Source: a virus
IMG/VR virus record: IMGVR_UViG_3300046816_000434
DNA length: 64,000 bases
Reading direction: 5' to 3' (one strand)
Both the position numbers and the translations under genes were made by a program. Positions 61,804-64,000 of the stretch are shown here, piece after piece. Position 1 is the first letter of the stretch, and every line of letters begins with the position of its first letter. The notes under the pieces were generated by a model. It saw only the letters and a list, made by a program, of their open reading frames with translations, searched no databases and was not told the DNA's origin.

Positions 61804-62046
61804 CTAAGCTGCCTGATCAGGCAGATTTGTCTTACGGCGCTTGCGGGCGGCGGCACAGCGCCCGCAGCGGCAACCCTTGAGCGCAGTGGGGACGTGCTTC
61901 GCCCAGCGACTGCCGCCCGATCTGGTCTTGCGCAGTCCGGAGATGCGGCGCTTGTATTCGCTCTGAATCTCTTCGTAGCTGGCTTCAGCTAAAGCCCGGA
62001 GAATGATTTCCTTCTGCATAGGTTCTTGATCCGTCTCTTGATCCAT
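61804..62046 (-). CDS. Small basic protein with GCRCxxC motif
   Basis: KGCRCGRCAAARKRR; directly downstream of the DUF4160-like gene. Confidence 0.6.
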   Translation of the reverse strand: MDQETDQEPMQKEIILRALAEASYEEIQSEYKRRISGLRKTRSGGSRWAKHVPTALKGCRCGRCAAARKRRKTNLPDQAA

Positions 62047-62388
62047 TTACAGTCTCACCAGAGTGTTCAAGGCGTCCTGCGTGTCGACCTCGCCTTCCCA
62101 GTATGCGACCAGGGTCGCGCGGTTTAACTCAATCCAAGTCTTGAGCAGGCCAAACGCGCGCGCGTCGATCTCGCCAGAGATCACTTCCACCTCAGGGCGT
62201 ATGCCCACGGTTGCCATCTCATCCGGCATGGCTTTGGCATTAGCGGAGACTTTGACGCGCACGTCATGGCGCGCCCCGCCGCGCACGGAGATCCAAACCA
62301 CAAACGGCAGTCCGGTGTGTTTCGGGAACAGGTTCGCCATCTCGTAAGGGGCCTCTAGGTCCACGTTCTCTTCCAGGTCGGTCTTCAT
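62047..62388 (-). CDS. DUF4160-like protein
   Basis: MANLFPKHTGLPFVVWIS..GGARHDVRVKV...LLKTWIELNR.TL..YW. Confidence 0.65.
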   Translation of the reverse strand: MKTDLEENVDLEAPYEMANLFPKHTGLPFVVWISVRGGARHDVRVKVSANAKAMPDEMATVGIRPEVEVISGEIDARAFGLLKTWIELNRATLVAYWEGEVDTQDALNTLVRL

Positions 62389-62470
62389 GCTTCAATACTC
62401 CGTTGGAATATCCGGTTGTGCGATAAGCAACAACCTGCTTATAGATTAACAGCTTAAACGGCTCCAGTGT

Positions 62471-62884
62471 TTACCGGGGGGTCTTGCGCTTCAGATCCTC
62501 AAGCCTCTTGCTGAAGCTCTCATGCGACGCGCGCGTGATCGCGCGGGTGACGATCTTCACGCGCACCGGACGCCCTGCGCACCGCCAGGTATGGGGGTCC
62601 ATGCTGCCGGCATGCCGCCTGAGGTAGGTCAATCGCCCCGGCGCTTCCGCCACAATCAGCAGCATCTCGTCGGTGCCCACCACGATGCCAGTGAACGCGC
62701 GCGTGCCGCCCGTGACCTCGATGCGGTCGCCTGCCTCTGGGTCGCGATCCGCCGCCGCCAGGGCTGGCTCCTCCCGGCAGGTGGTTTCCTGGTTCTCGTC
62801 CTCGGCCTGGACGGGAGCGGGGAAATCCCGCCCCTCGTCCCAGTCGATGTAGTCGCACGGCTCCAGCTCGTAGTTGTCGTTCAT
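62471..62884 (-). CDS. Hypothetical protein
   Basis: ATGA-coupled; acidic N-terminus and SH3-like core. Confidence 0.6.
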   Translation of the reverse strand: MNDNYELEPCDYIDWDEGRDFPAPVQAEDENQETTCREEPALAAADRDPEAGDRIEVTGGTRAFTGIVVGTDEMLLIVAEAPGRLTYLRRHAGSMDPHTWRCAGRPVRVKIVTRAITRASHESFSKRLEDLKRKTPR

Positions 62885-63063
62885 TTCGTCGTCCCTTTCG
62901 CCTTCTCCAGCGCAGCATAGCTCTCGGGCGTGCCTTGCTCGTAGTAATCCACCAGTGCGTTGCACCGCCTACAGATCGCCAGCGTACCCAGGCGCGGGTG
63001 TTCGCGCCTGAGTGTACCAGCCCGTGTGCATTTCAGAAACCACTGGCACTTCGGGTTCTTCAT
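62881..63063 (-). CDS. Small zinc-finger phage protein
   Basis: CQWFLKC...HP.LG...ICRRC. Confidence 0.7.
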   Translation of the reverse strand: MKNPKCQWFLKCTRAGTLRREHPRLGTLAICRRCNALVDYYEQGTPESYAALEKAKGTTK

Positions 63064-63069
63064 ATCGGC

Positions 63070-63528
63070 TTAGTCCTCCTCCGGAAGCATTACGGTGATG
63101 ACGGGTTCGCCCTTGTCGCCGGGGCCACAGACCGCCTTGAGCGTGACCAGCCGGGACTCTGCGCCCATGATGTAGATGCAGCGAAAGCGCATCGTGTTCT
63201 CGCCCACAGGCGCGGCCTTGATCGCGCGGCGCAGGCATTGCAGCGTGTCCCACAGCCTGCCGTCAATCGACTGCCCATGACCCATGTCGCCGGGGTCGAT
63301 GAAGCCATCCCAGACCGTGCGGGTGAAGGCAACCGGGAAGGTGAAGCCTGCCTCCCGCCCCAGCTTGCCAGCGTCCACCAGGACGCCATCCGCTAGCGCC
63401 TGGGCGCGGGTATACCGGAACACCTCCGCGCCGTCCCAGAAGCTCTGGCTGGGCGTGCGCGGCTGTGCTGGCCGTTCCTTCTCAAACAGTGGGCCGTAGC
63501 CCTTGGTTGGTTGTTCGTTGTTGCTCAT
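63070..63528 (-). CDS. DUF6573-family protein
   Basis: YTRAQALADGVLVD...AGF.FPVA.T..VW...GRLWD...LKAVCGPGD.GEPVITVMLPEED. Confidence 0.85.
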   Translation of the reverse strand: MSNNEQPTKGYGPLFEKERPAQPRTPSQSFWDGAEVFRYTRAQALADGVLVDAGKLGREAGFTFPVAFTRTVWDGFIDPGDMGHGQSIDGRLWDTLQCLRRAIKAAPVGENTMRFRCIYIMGAESRLVTLKAVCGPGDKGEPVITVMLPEED

Positions 63529-63536
63529 AAGCTCCT

Positions 63537-63755
63537 TTACTTGGTTTCGGTGATGGTGAAGGTGTGCGGGTCGGTGTCGCCATCGGCCTGCTCCCAGACG
63601 TGAAGCTGGATGCTCTCGGTTGCTCTGTTGTATTCAAACACCCCGGCCTGCTGTCCATTCAGGAGCAGCAGAAAGCCGGGATAGTCCGGGTCGTAATGCT
63701 GCATCACGGTCAGTTTGCCGATGGGCGTAGTCACGTTCAGTTCGCTGTTGCTCAT
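63537..63755 (-). CDS. Hypothetical protein
   Basis: ATG preceded by GAGGAG inside hammerhead HH3. Confidence 0.7.
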   Translation of the reverse strand: MSNSELNVTTPIGKLTVMQHYDPDYPGFLLLLNGQQAGVFEYNRATESIQLHVWEQADGDTDPHTFTITETK

Positions 63756-63807
63756 GGTCTCCTCAGTGCCGGAATTCACCGGACAGACGCCTCGCGGCGT
63801 TTCGACC
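63756..63807 (-). ncRNA. Type II hammerhead ribozyme HH3
   Basis: Minus strand: GGUC-GAAA-CGCC-GCGA-GGCG-UC^UG(U)CCGG-UGAAUU-CCGGCA-CUGAGGA-GACC-AUG. Predicted cut between 63786 and 63785. Confidence 0.88.
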
Positions 63808-63810
63808 TAC

Positions 63811-64000
63811 CTAAACGAGATCCACTCCGATAGTTGCCAGCACCTCCGCTGCCTGCTCGTAGATCCCGTAGGATTCGCCGTCGTTGCAGCCGTCCTCGCA
63901 GATGCCGTCGAAGTCCTCCATGCGTCCGTGCGGGTCGTTGGTGATCACGTTGCGACCATCACAGAAAGGGCAGCGCGCCCCGCACAGAATGGCGCTGGCT
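63811..64000 (-). CDS. Cys-rich protein, 5' end outside window
   Basis: Manual translation ...LCGARCPFCDGRNVITNDPHGRMEDFDGICEDGCNDGESYGIYEQAAEVLATIGVDLV*. Confidence 0.6.
   Translation of the reverse strand, partial: ASAILCGARCPFCDGRNVITNDPHGRMEDFDGICEDGCNDGESYGIYEQAAEVLATIGVDLV

Larger units (their letters stand above)
1..64000. mobile_element. Temperate podovirus-like bacteriophage genome, near-complete and probably circularly permuted
   Basis: TerL, portal, capsid, tail and ejection genes, integrase/xis and attP are all present. No host housekeeping genes are seen. Both window ends lie in similar minus-strand small-gene clusters. Confidence 0.93.

Overview
The window holds most, probably nearly all, of a temperate tailed dsDNA phage genome with podovirus-type morphogenesis genes. 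It is GC-rich, and an Acidobacteriota host is my tentative guess. Layout: (i) a minus-strand early operon at both window ends (DUF6884, PAPS-reductase-like, DUF6573, Zn-finger proteins) punctuated by three type II hammerhead ribozymes; (ii) a terminase-small-subunit-like gene followed by a repeat-rich non-coding tract; (iii) about 9 kb of mostly minus-strand accessory genes (nucleotidyltransferase, LuxR-HTH, BACON fusion, orphan IS630 HTH, Pro-rich protein); (iv) a plus-strand virion module from 16.3 to 51.2 kb (triplicated head-spike-like protein, TerL, portal, scaffold, major capsid, tail fibre, adaptor/nozzle, Pro/Gln-rich ejection-like proteins, and a 3131-aa polyvalent protein); (v) an apparently intact attP next to a tyrosine integrase and excisionase; (vi) replication/recombination genes and a divergent RHH/HTH switch. 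The strongest novel signals are the three hammerheads sitting exactly at gene junctions, two with the Shine-Dalgarno inside the catalytic core, and four consecutive ejection-region genes sharing a GGxxxxPTxxxxGExGPE motif plus a C-terminal MxYxR tag. Family assignments come from motif recognition by eye; no database search was run.
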